DNA of 24,000 nucleotides from Bryobacter sp. (GTDB lineage Bacteria; Acidobacteriota; Terriglobia; Bryobacterales; Bryobacteraceae): NCBI GenBank assembly GCA_033765085.1, contig JANRIK010000021.1, positions 22,435 to 46,434 of the forward strand, read 5' to 3'. Shown piece by piece: positions 7,845 to 15,854 of this stretch (position 1 is its first letter; each line of letters starts with the position of its first letter). The notes under the pieces were generated by a model. It saw only the letters and a program-made list of their open reading frames with translations, ran no database searches and was not told where the DNA came from. The position numbers and the translations under genes were made by a program.

Positions 7845-7885
7845 TTTTCACAGGTGTGGTAAACAACCACAGTCTTGTGGTGGCA

Positions 7886-9310
7886 CTAGTTTTTTAGGAT
7901 TTGCGTAAGGGGTACTCCGAAGCCTTCGATGGCGCGTTCGAAGCGGGGAGGGCAGTTGTTTTGGGAGAAAAAGTTTTTTAGCCGGACGGAAAAGGTTTGG
8001 AACGTTTGCACGTCGTTGGCGAGCTTGAAGGCCTCGGCGAGGAACCGGGAACTGCGGTCGTAGCAATCGCCGCGAAGGGTGCGCAGGGAATAGCGAGCGC
8101 AATCGAAATAGAGGTGGATGGCGGTGTGGGGGTCGGAATCGGAATAACTGTTGGCGATTTGGGCCCAGACTTCAGTGGTGGCCCCTTGGGCGCGGGCTTG
8201 TTCGTGGGCTTCGTCGCGGCGGCCTTCGAGCAGGAGGATGCGCGTATAAAGACTGTTGCTCTTGGCGGCGGCGTATTCAATGGCCTCTTCGCGGACGTCG
8301 TTGGTTTGGCGCAAGGGGGCAGCGGCGGCCAGGAGCTTGCGATAGTGGCTTTCGTTGGGGAGGGCGCGATAGAGCTCCCAACGGAATTCGAGGGAACGCT
8401 CGAAGTTCGCTTCGCGCTCGAAGTGCGCGGCCAAATAAGCAAAGAGAGTGGTGGGCGGCGGGGTGTGGAAGCGGTCGCACGCGGCAAGGACGGCGTCGGC
8501 GGCGGCGCGGGCGTGGCCGGCCTGCTCCATGCGCTCGGCGACGGCAAGCACCTCGGCGGGGTTCGTGGCGAAGGCCATGGCAATGGCAAAGCGTTCCTGG
8601 AAGTCCGAAGTGAAGTTGGCCCAGGCGCGAAGGAGCTTGGCTTCGCGAAGGTGCTCCTGGAAGGTAGGGCCGCCACGGGCAGGTAAGGGTTCGCCCAGGA
8701 CAATCGCGCGGTAAACGGGTTCGAGGCGACGGCGGTAAGCTTTCAAGCCGGTTTCGCCGAGCAAGGGGGCATAGTCGGCGATGGCGTTTAAGAGTAATTC
8801 GTGGGGCGAAGCGAATTGCAGGTCGTAGAGGTGTTCGGCAAGCGAGGCGGGGTCCAGCGGCCTTTGTTGCGCAATCCGCAGGTGCAGGTTGGCAAAGGCA
8901 TCCAGCAGGCGCTGCAAGCGGACGCTAAGGTTGGGCAGGCGAGCAATGATGGCATCCAGCAGCAGCGCGGCGCGGGCACAAGCTTGGAGGGCATCCAGCA
9001 GGCGTTCCTTGCGAAGCAGACATTCCGTGGCTTGCAGAAGGAAAGCGCCGTAGGGGGCAATTTCGCCGACGCGGAGGGAATTTGCGGGGCGCGTCGTAAA
9101 CTCGGTGAACTCGGTAAAGGCAATGTCGAGCAGCGAAAAGCAATGGTCGGGGTCGGTCTCGAGGGCAGCGAAGAATTCCAGGCGCTGGCGGAATTCAGGC
9201 AGGTCCCGGGCAACGGTGAGAACCCAATCCGCAAGGGCCGGGGGAGGGAGGCCGGCCAGGATCTCGCGCAAGGGTTTTTGCCGGCTGGGAGACGAGGCCC
9301 GGGGAACCAT
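7886..9310 (-). CDS. Hypothetical all-alpha (helical-repeat-like) protein
   Basis: The track ORF is 7886-9361 (491 aa). I prefer ATG at the complement of 9308-9310 (MVPRASSPSRQKPLREIL...), because it lies 10 nt after the MATE stop rather than overlapping it by 41 nt. The protein is Leu/Ala/Arg/Glu-rich throughout with no transmembrane segment or signal peptide. I recognise no family. Confidence 0.65.
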   Translation of the reverse strand: MVPRASSPSRQKPLREILAGLPPPALADWVLTVARDLPEFRQRLEFFAALETDPDHCFSLLDIAFTEFTEFTTRPANSLRVGEIAPYGAFLLQATECLLRKERLLDALQACARAALLLDAIIARLPNLSVRLQRLLDAFANLHLRIAQQRPLDPASLAEHLYDLQFASPHELLLNAIADYAPLLGETGLKAYRRRLEPVYRAIVLGEPLPARGGPTFQEHLREAKLLRAWANFTSDFQERFAIAMAFATNPAEVLAVAERMEQAGHARAAADAVLAACDRFHTPPPTTLFAYLAAHFEREANFERSLEFRWELYRALPNESHYRKLLAAAAPLRQTNDVREEAIEYAAAKSNSLYTRILLLEGRRDEAHEQARAQGATTEVWAQIANSYSDSDPHTAIHLYFDCARYSLRTLRGDCYDRSSRFLAEAFKLANDVQTFQTFSVRLKNFFSQNNCPPRFERAIEGFGVPLTQILKN

Positions 9311-9320
9311 GGGTAATAGC

Positions 9321-10652
9321 TTAGCCCGAGCGGAGCCATCTGTGCAGCAAAATGAGAGCAACCGTGGCTAAGCCCAGGGCGAGGCCGATCCAAAGTCCTG
9401 GTACTCCGTAGCCAAGACGGAAGCAGAGAAAGGCGCCGAGCGGCAAACTTAGAACCCAATAACCGGCCAAACCGGCTAGGAAGGGGGTTTGGGTATCACC
9501 GCGGCCGCGCAACGCGCCGGTGGCGACGGATTGGATGCCGTCGAAAAGCTGAAAAGCGCCTGCCCAAAAGACGATGGGGATCGCCGCGGCGAGGATGGCC
9601 CGGTTAGAGGTGTAAAAGCCCAGGATGATTTGGGGGAAGGCAAACAGCAGAATTGCGCTGAGAAGCATGAACGTTGCGCCCACCAGAATGGCGGCATTGC
9701 CGGCGGCGCGCGCACGCAAGGGTTCGCCCGCGCCAATAGCGTTGCCTACTTGGACGGCGGCGGCGCTGGAGATGCCGAGCGGGACCATGTAGGTGAGGGC
9801 AGCGTGGTTCAGGGTAATTTCGTGGGCGGCGAGCGATACCGCGGGAAAGGTACCGGCAAGAGCCGTGGCGGCGGCAAAGCCCGAGACCTCGAGGAAGATG
9901 TGGCCGGCGGCGGGCAGGCCGAGGGTAAGCAATTGGCGTAGACGCTTAAAATCTGGCCCCTCGAGGCGCCAAAGGCCGGAGGAAGCAGGTTCGTGGCCGA
10001 GGAGGGCAAGCAGGAGGAAGAGGGCCAAGTACAATCGGGCGCCGACCGTGGCCCAGGCGCAACCCTCAATTCCCAGGGCCGGGAAACCCGCATTGCCTTC
10101 AATCAGCAGCCAATTCAGGCCGACGTTGACGAGATTGGCGCTCACGAGGGCGAACATAACGGGGCGCACCCAACTGCGGGCCTGCAGGTAGCGGCGCAAA
10201 ACAGTATAAGCGCCCAGGGGAAAAATGCTGAGGGCGAGGACGCGGCCAAAGGGTTGCGTGAGGCGGAAGACTTCGGGCTCCGCGCCGAGGAAGCGCAGAG
10301 CGGGCAGGCAAAGCAACATGGCGGCCAACAGAAAGGGCGCCGCGCCGAGGGCTAGCCAGAAGCCTTGGCGGAAGCTGTGGTGGGCGTCGGGAAGGTCGTT
10401 GGCGCCTACGGCTTGGGCGATCAGCGTATCCAAGCCCAGCAGGACCCCGATGATCAGCAGGCCGATGGTATAGAAAACAAGATTGGCCAAGGCAACGGCG
10501 CCGATTGCCTCGGCACCCAAGCGGCCTACCATAATGGTATCGGTGATGCCCATGCCCATCCAGCCCAACTCGGCCACCACTACGGGCCAGGCGAGGCGCA
10601 GCAGGGGCACAAGCTCGGAGTGATAGGTAAAGTGATGGGATTGATGCGACAT
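9321..10652 (-). CDS. MATE-family multidrug/toxic-compound efflux transporter
   Basis: About 12 TM helices. LLRLAWPVVVAELGWMGMGITDTIMVGRLGAEAIGAVALAN is the typical MATE N-terminal motif, and there is a second-half repeat (LGLPAAGHIFLEVSGFAAATALAG). The track start is TTG at 10676. I prefer ATG at the complement of 10650-10652 (MSHQSHHF...). The start is uncertain. Confidence 0.85.
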   Translation of the reverse strand: MSHQSHHFTYHSELVPLLRLAWPVVVAELGWMGMGITDTIMVGRLGAEAIGAVALANLVFYTIGLLIIGVLLGLDTLIAQAVGANDLPDAHHSFRQGFWLALGAAPFLLAAMLLCLPALRFLGAEPEVFRLTQPFGRVLALSIFPLGAYTVLRRYLQARSWVRPVMFALVSANLVNVGLNWLLIEGNAGFPALGIEGCAWATVGARLYLALFLLLALLGHEPASSGLWRLEGPDFKRLRQLLTLGLPAAGHIFLEVSGFAAATALAGTFPAVSLAAHEITLNHAALTYMVPLGISSAAAVQVGNAIGAGEPLRARAAGNAAILVGATFMLLSAILLFAFPQIILGFYTSNRAILAAAIPIVFWAGAFQLFDGIQSVATGALRGRGDTQTPFLAGLAGYWVLSLPLGAFLCFRLGYGVPGLWIGLALGLATVALILLHRWLRSG

Positions 10653-12155
10653 ATCGGAAAACAACTGGTGAAACAAGTCTGGATGGCAGCCGCCGTGGTG
10701 AGCTGTGGATGGGCGGGGACGGTCTTAGAGGAGTATCGCATTGTTAGCGCACGCAACACCGTTGAGAAAAACCTAGTCGAGGTCCGGCCTGGCGAAACTT
10801 TGGCGCTGCAAGTGCGAGCCTACGGGCGGCTGGAGCAAGCGGGGGAAGAACCGCAGCAGGGGCGCATTGAACACACCAAATGGGAGGCGCGGATTCTCGA
10901 AGCCGGTGGGGGAAAGCTGAGCAAGCCGTTTAAGTACCAAGGCGAAGATACCGAGACCGTGCTGCAGGAAAAGACGAGTGCGTTTGCGGCAATTTTGCGA
11001 GCCGGGGCGGGGCGATTTCTGGCTAAGGACGCAGTGCTGTATAACGCGCCGCTGGAGCCGGGGACCTATACGGTGGAGGTTGCGGCAACCGAGGGCGGCG
11101 ACGTGAAGGCGAGCGTGAAGGTCCGCGTCACGCCGACGGCGCCTAGCTCCTGGACACAGCCGAAAAACTTGTTCGGGGAAGAGCCGCTCGATACCTCGCC
11201 ATATCGCTATTTGTGCGAACACTACGCTCCGTTTGTGGCGCAGGAGACCTGGTTTGATCCGCGGGCTGATTATCTGCATCGCTTTGACTTTGACGGTGAC
11301 CGGCACGGCGACAACAATTGGGACAACCTGGAATACGGTTCGCCGCAGGCTTACGTTTATTACGCGGCAATGGAGACGGAAACGCACTGGTTTTTGCACT
11401 ACAACTTTTTCCACGCGCGGGATTATTCGGACAACTGTCTGGCCGGCATGTGCCACGAGAACGACAACGAAGGCATTGTCCTGACGGTGAAGAAAGACGG
11501 CAGCGAGTTTGGGCGCCTGGAAGTAATGGAAACGTTGGCGCACAACAACGTCTACACCTACACCAACCGCCGGGATCTGCGGAAGGGGTTGCACAATGTG
11601 GATGGGCCGCTGGTGCTGGTGGAGGAGAGCCATCCGGTGGTCTTTCTCGAAGCGGGCGGGCACGGGGCGCTGGGCGGCGGGGACCGCAAGAGCACCTACG
11701 ATGCAGAAAAGGGCGAATGGAAAGCGGACACGGGAGTGACGTATTTCTATCGCGGCGTGGCAGAGATGCCGAAATCGAGCCTAGCGCAGCAGGTGGGCTA
11801 CGAGTTGCTGCCCATCGAGGAGCACTGGTGGAAACGGCATGCCGAAGAGCGCGAGGGCAGCCGGCAGATGTTTGCCGATTATGAGGAGTACCGGCCCGTG
11901 GGCAACCGGCCGCGTCCGCGAGATCCACGCCTGGCGACAGCGTTTTTGGGGGAAAAGCACAGCAGCAACAAAGCGAGGCCATTCTGGGGCTGGACGGATA
12001 CGGCGGGCAAGCGGCGAAAGGTTTACGCGACCGGGCAATGGGCGCTGGACCCGGCCTATAGCTTGCGGCAAAGCTTGCGTTTTCCGGCCGACGAGGAGTG
12101 GAGCTTCGAATATGTCTACAATCCTTTCCTCGACATCGTCAGGAAGCCGGAGTGA
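10635..12155 (+). CDS. Predicted lipoprotein of unknown function; N-terminal Ig-like beta region plus C-terminal region with a Vps62/DUF946- or NLP-like motif pattern
   Basis: The track ORF 10365-12155 is antisense to MATE at its 5' end. In-frame ATG 10635 follows an AGG at 7-nt spacing and gives MGLMRHIGKQLVKQVWMAAAVVSC|GW, with a positive n-region, a hydrophobic core and lipobox VVSC. Later motifs are HYAPFVAQETWFDP, YVYYAAMETETHWFLHYNFFHARDYS and CHENDNEGIVLTVKKD (about nt 11355-11500). The family assignment is tentative. Confidence 0.7.
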   Translation: MGLMRHIGKQLVKQVWMAAAVVSCGWAGTVLEEYRIVSARNTVEKNLVEVRPGETLALQVRAYGRLEQAGEEPQQGRIEHTKWEARILEAGGGKLSKPFKYQGEDTETVLQEKTSAFAAILRAGAGRFLAKDAVLYNAPLEPGTYTVEVAATEGGDVKASVKVRVTPTAPSSWTQPKNLFGEEPLDTSPYRYLCEHYAPFVAQETWFDPRADYLHRFDFDGDRHGDNNWDNLEYGSPQAYVYYAAMETETHWFLHYNFFHARDYSDNCLAGMCHENDNEGIVLTVKKDGSEFGRLEVMETLAHNNVYTYTNRRDLRKGLHNVDGPLVLVEESHPVVFLEAGGHGALGGGDRKSTYDAEKGEWKADTGVTYFYRGVAEMPKSSLAQQVGYELLPIEEHWWKRHAEEREGSRQMFADYEEYRPVGNRPRPRDPRLATAFLGEKHSSNKARPFWGWTDTAGKRRKVYATGQWALDPAYSLRQSLRFPADEEWSFEYVYNPFLDIVRKPE

Positions 12156-12871
12156 GCCCGATACAATTGCTGGGCGGCGCGGCCTGCGCCTTTAGCGTAG
12201 GAATGGCGAAGACAGGCATGCCCGGCTTGGGCATTCTGGCGGTGCCGATGATGGTGTTGGTGGTGGGGGACGCGCGTTTGGCGGCCGGTTGGTTGCTGCC
12301 CATTTTGTGCTGCGCGGACCTGTTTGCGATTTATTACTGGCGGCGGCACGCGGCGATGAACCGGCTTTGGAGCCTGGCGCCGTGGGTGCTGGTGGGAATT
12401 GCGGCGGGGGCTGTGACGCTGAGTATGCCCGAAAAAGTGCTGCGGCCGATGGTGGGCGGGATCATTTTCCTAATGCTTTGCCTTTATTTGTGGCGGCTCT
12501 TCGGCAAAGTAAGCAGCGCTCCCGCGCACCCGGTGCCCTACGGCTTGGCGGCGGGTTTTGCCACGACGGTGGCTAACGCTGCCGGGCCGGTGATGAGTTT
12601 GTACCTTTTGAGCAAGCGTTTGCCGAAGGAAGATTTTGTGGCGACGGGGGCCTGGTTTTTTTTCTTCATCAATTTGGCGAAGTTGCCCATCTACTGGAGT
12701 CAAGGCCTTTTGAGCCAGAAGAGCGTGACGTTTGGCCTGTGGATGGTGCCGGCGGTTTTGGCGGGCGCCATGGCGGGCCGGTGGCTGGTAAGCCGGATTC
12801 CGACGGTGGTGTTTGAGTGGTCGGTGATTGGGCTGACGGCGGCGAGTACGATCTTGTTACTGAAGGGGTAA
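12152..12871 (+). CDS. TauE/SafE (TSUP, DUF81) family anion/sulfite-exporter-like membrane protein
   Basis: A polytopic membrane protein of about 240 aa with a Gly/Ala-rich first helix and PVMSLYLLSKRLPKEDFVATGAWFFFFINLAKLP, typical of the family. I place the start at GTG 12152, which overlaps the upstream TGA (GTGA) and is preceded by AGGAAG at 5-nt spacing. The track start at 12098 lies inside the upstream gene. Confidence 0.8.
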   Translation: MSPIQLLGGAACAFSVGMAKTGMPGLGILAVPMMVLVVGDARLAAGWLLPILCCADLFAIYYWRRHAAMNRLWSLAPWVLVGIAAGAVTLSMPEKVLRPMVGGIIFLMLCLYLWRLFGKVSSAPAHPVPYGLAAGFATTVANAAGPVMSLYLLSKRLPKEDFVATGAWFFFFINLAKLPIYWSQGLLSQKSVTFGLWMVPAVLAGAMAGRWLVSRIPTVVFEWSVIGLTAASTILLLKG

Positions 12872-12894
12872 AGAGGGCATAAAGCTCAGTTATA

Positions 12895-13905
12895 ATGAAA
12901 TTTCCGATGTCCATTTCAGCAGGCGGCGCGCCCAGCGCAAACGGGAAGAAGATCATTCTGCTTTCTCCTCGGGGTTTTTGTGCGGGGGTGGTGAGGGCGA
13001 TTGATGTCGTCAAGATCGCCCTGGACCTCTACGGAGCGCCCATTTACGTGCGCAAGGAAATTGTGCACAACCGCCACGTGGTGGAGGAATTGAAGGCTGC
13101 GGGGGCAATTTTCGTTAACGAACTGGGCGAAGTTCCCAGTGGGGCGAGGCTGATCTTCAGCGCGCACGGGGTTTCTCCGGCAGTGCGCAAGGAGGCGGCA
13201 GAGCGAAACCTGCAGGTGATCGACGGCACCTGCCCGCTAGTGACGAAGGTGCACCTCGAAGCCATCCGTTACGCCAAAAAAGGCTATTCGATTGTGCTGA
13301 TCGGGCACTCGAACCACGAAGAAATTGAAGGCACGATGGGCGAAGCACCGGAAAGCACATTCTTGGTGGAGACCCCCGAAGATGTGGCGAAACTGACGCT
13401 GCCCGATGAATCGAAAGTGGTTTATTTGACGCAGACCACCCTTTCGCTCGACGAAACTCGCGATGTCATTGCGGCGCTGAAAGAGCGCTTCCCGGCCATG
13501 CAGGGTCCGCCTTCGCAGGATATTTGCTACGCGACCGAGAACCGGCAGATTGCCGTGAAGGCTGTTGCTCCGTTGTGCGAACTGCTGCTGGTGGTGGGCA
13601 GCCAAAACAGCTCAAATTCGCGGCGGCTGGTGGAAGTTTGCGAAAAGACGGGTGTGCCGTCTTACCTAATTGACGATTGCGGCGAAGTAAAGCCGGAATG
13701 GTTGGAGGGTGTGCGTACCGTAAGCATTACGGCGGGCGCGAGCGCTCCGGAGAATCTGGTGCAGGATTTGATTGCCTACCTGCAGAACGAGCATGGCTTT
13801 GGCGCCATGGAAGAGATGGAAATTAAAGAAGAAGACGTACGCTTCACTCTGCCGGGCGAATTGGCCGAGGCGGGGCGGAAGCTGCACTACATACAAAACG
13901 CATGA
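12895..13905 (+). CDS. ispH: 4-hydroxy-3-methylbut-2-enyl diphosphate reductase (MEP pathway, LytB)
   Basis: 336 aa with motifs PRGFCAGVVRAI, VHNRHVV, FSAHGVSP, DGTCPLVTKVH, GHSNHEEIEGT, TQTTLS, ICYATENRQ, VVGSQNSSNS and TAGASAPE. These include the three conserved Fe-S Cys contexts. Confidence 0.95.
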   Translation: MKFPMSISAGGAPSANGKKIILLSPRGFCAGVVRAIDVVKIALDLYGAPIYVRKEIVHNRHVVEELKAAGAIFVNELGEVPSGARLIFSAHGVSPAVRKEAAERNLQVIDGTCPLVTKVHLEAIRYAKKGYSIVLIGHSNHEEIEGTMGEAPESTFLVETPEDVAKLTLPDESKVVYLTQTTLSLDETRDVIAALKERFPAMQGPPSQDICYATENRQIAVKAVAPLCELLLVVGSQNSSNSRRLVEVCEKTGVPSYLIDDCGEVKPEWLEGVRTVSITAGASAPENLVQDLIAYLQNEHGFGAMEEMEIKEEDVRFTLPGELAEAGRKLHYIQNA

Positions 13906-15854
13906 TGCCTCAATTGCAATTGGCCCAGCCCCTTGTTGCCGATTGTGTGCAAGCCGTCAAAAGCGCGGCCGAAAACTTGCTGCGCCGGCAACACCGCGAA
14001 GGCTACTGGTGGGAAGACCTGACAGCGGATACCACGCTGGAAAGCGATTACATCCTCTTTGAGCTGTGGTTGCACAAGCCGGTAAATGGCGTGTGGAATC
14101 CGCCAAATCGCGATGCGATTGCGCGAGCGGTGACGTCGATCCTGTCGCGGCAACTGCCCGATGGTGGTTTCAATATTTACCCTGGCGGACCGAGCGAGAC
14201 TTCGGCCTCCGTTAAGGCCTATTTCGCCTTGAAGCTGGCCATGCCGCTGGCGGGTTTGTCGCTCGAGGACGAACGCCTGACGCGGCTGCGGGACCGGGTG
14301 TTGGCCCTGGGCGGGATACAAGCAGCCAACTCCTACACGAAGCTGAACCTGAGCCTTTTTGGGCTTTTTCCGCGTCATGCGGTACCAACGGTGCCGCCCG
14401 AGATGATTCTGCTGGGCAATTTCATCTACGAAATGTCCAGTTGGAGCCGAGCCATTGTGGTGCCGCTGTCGCTGTTGAGCGCGGCGAACCCGCAGGCGCC
14501 GGTGCCCAATGGCTTTGACCTGAAGGAAATCGCCAAGCCCGGGGTGCCGTTCACTTTGCGGCCCACGGACAAGCTGCTGTCGAGCAAGAATTTCTTTTAT
14601 CGCGCGGACTATTTCCTAAAGTTGTACGAGCGCTCGCCGTTGGTGAAGCTGTTGCGCCCGAGGGCCACGCGGCTTTGCAAAGAGTGGATGATGGAGCGGC
14701 TGGACTATAGCGACGGTTTGGCGGCCATTTATCCACCGATGATGTACAGCGTGATGGCCATGGATGTTTTGGGCTTCGCCCCGGACCATCCGCGGCGCGT
14801 GGAAGCGCTGAAGCACTTTGAAGATTTGTTAGTGGACGACGACGCGAAGGGCTTTTACTTCCAGCCCTGTTTCTCCGTCGTGTGGGATACGGCGATCGCC
14901 GCCTACGCGCTGGCCGAAGTTTCCATGAGCCCGGCAGCGGTGGACGTTTCAAAGTCCCTGCAACGGTGCGCCGATTGGTTGTTGACGAAAGAATGCCGGC
15001 GGAAGGGCGATTGGGCGGTGAAGCGCCCGAACCTCGAGCCCTCGGGCTGGTACTTTGAATTTGCCAACGAGTTTTACCCGGATATCGACGATACAGCGAT
15101 GGTGCTGATTGGTTTGGACAAGGCCAAGGCTTCGAACCCGACCGCGCAGCAGGCCTCCGCACGGCGGGCCGTGAATTGGCTTTTGGGCATGCAAGGCAAG
15201 GATGGCGGCTGGGCAGCCTTCGACGTCGACAACAACTGGAACTTTCTGGCCGATGTGCCCTTTGCCGACCACAACGCCATGCTCGACCCTGCGTGCCCGG
15301 ACATCACCGGCCGCGTACTCGACGGATTGGTGCGGCAAGGCGTCAGCCCCTCGCACGAAGCGATTCGCAAGGGCGTCGACTTTTTGTTCCGCACGCAAGA
15401 GCAGGACGGCAGTTGGTACGGGCGTTGGGGCGTGGATTACATCTATGGCACCTTCCTGGCGCTGAAAGGCTTAGAGGCGGCGGGCGTGAGCGACCGCGAG
15501 GCTCCGGTATTGCGCGGCGGGGAATGGCTGCGCTCCGTGCAGAATGCCGACGGCGGGTGGGGTGAAAGCTGCGCCAGCTATGACCGGCATACTTTTGTGG
15601 GCGGGCCTTCGACGCCTTCGCAAACGGCGTGGGCGGTGATGGGCCTTTTGGCCAGCGGCGACAGAACGAGCGAGAGCGTGCGCAAGGGCGTGGAATACCT
15701 GGTGGCGCAGCAGCGGCCGGACGGCAGTTGGGACGAGCCCTACGCCACGGGCACGGGTTTCCCGAAGGTGTTTTATTTGAGCTACCACATGTACCGGAAC
15801 GCGTTTCCGATGATGGCGCTGGCGATGTATTTGAACCGGGGGAGAGAAGCGTAA
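13902..15854 (+). CDS. shc: Squalene-hopene cyclase
   Basis: 650 aa. The DxDDTA catalytic motif is YPDIDDTAMV. There are multiple QW repeats (RQLPDGGFNIY, MQGKDGGWAAFD, QEQDGSWYGRWG, VQNADGGWGE, QRPDGSWDE). The ATGA start overlaps the ispH stop. Confidence 0.97.
   Translation: MMPQLQLAQPLVADCVQAVKSAAENLLRRQHREGYWWEDLTADTTLESDYILFELWLHKPVNGVWNPPNRDAIARAVTSILSRQLPDGGFNIYPGGPSETSASVKAYFALKLAMPLAGLSLEDERLTRLRDRVLALGGIQAANSYTKLNLSLFGLFPRHAVPTVPPEMILLGNFIYEMSSWSRAIVVPLSLLSAANPQAPVPNGFDLKEIAKPGVPFTLRPTDKLLSSKNFFYRADYFLKLYERSPLVKLLRPRATRLCKEWMMERLDYSDGLAAIYPPMMYSVMAMDVLGFAPDHPRRVEALKHFEDLLVDDDAKGFYFQPCFSVVWDTAIAAYALAEVSMSPAAVDVSKSLQRCADWLLTKECRRKGDWAVKRPNLEPSGWYFEFANEFYPDIDDTAMVLIGLDKAKASNPTAQQASARRAVNWLLGMQGKDGGWAAFDVDNNWNFLADVPFADHNAMLDPACPDITGRVLDGLVRQGVSPSHEAIRKGVDFLFRTQEQDGSWYGRWGVDYIYGTFLALKGLEAAGVSDREAPVLRGGEWLRSVQNADGGWGESCASYDRHTFVGGPSTPSQTAWAVMGLLASGDRTSESVRKGVEYLVAQQRPDGSWDEPYATGTGFPKVFYLSYHMYRNAFPMMALAMYLNRGREA

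Noticed and set aside
7670-7870. 66-aa minus-strand ORF in the spacer upstream of the permease
   Set aside because: It is rejected as an ordinary protein gene. It has a GTG start, and its T-rich third codon positions are unlike every real gene in the window. It also runs straight through the terminator hairpin. It is kept only as a possible leader or regulatory element (see the finding at 7674-7885).
7674-7885. Known riboswitch (glycine, lysine, or other amino-acid-related class) upstream of the amino-acid permease
   Set aside because: I could not find the conserved core sequences of any riboswitch class I know. Only generic hairpins and a terminator are present. A covariance-model search would be needed to say more.
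10365-10634. 5' extension of the lipoprotein ORF (track start 10365)
   Set aside because: It lies antisense to the MATE coding sequence and its composition is not protein-like. An internal ATG at 10635 gives a convincing lipoprotein signal peptide.
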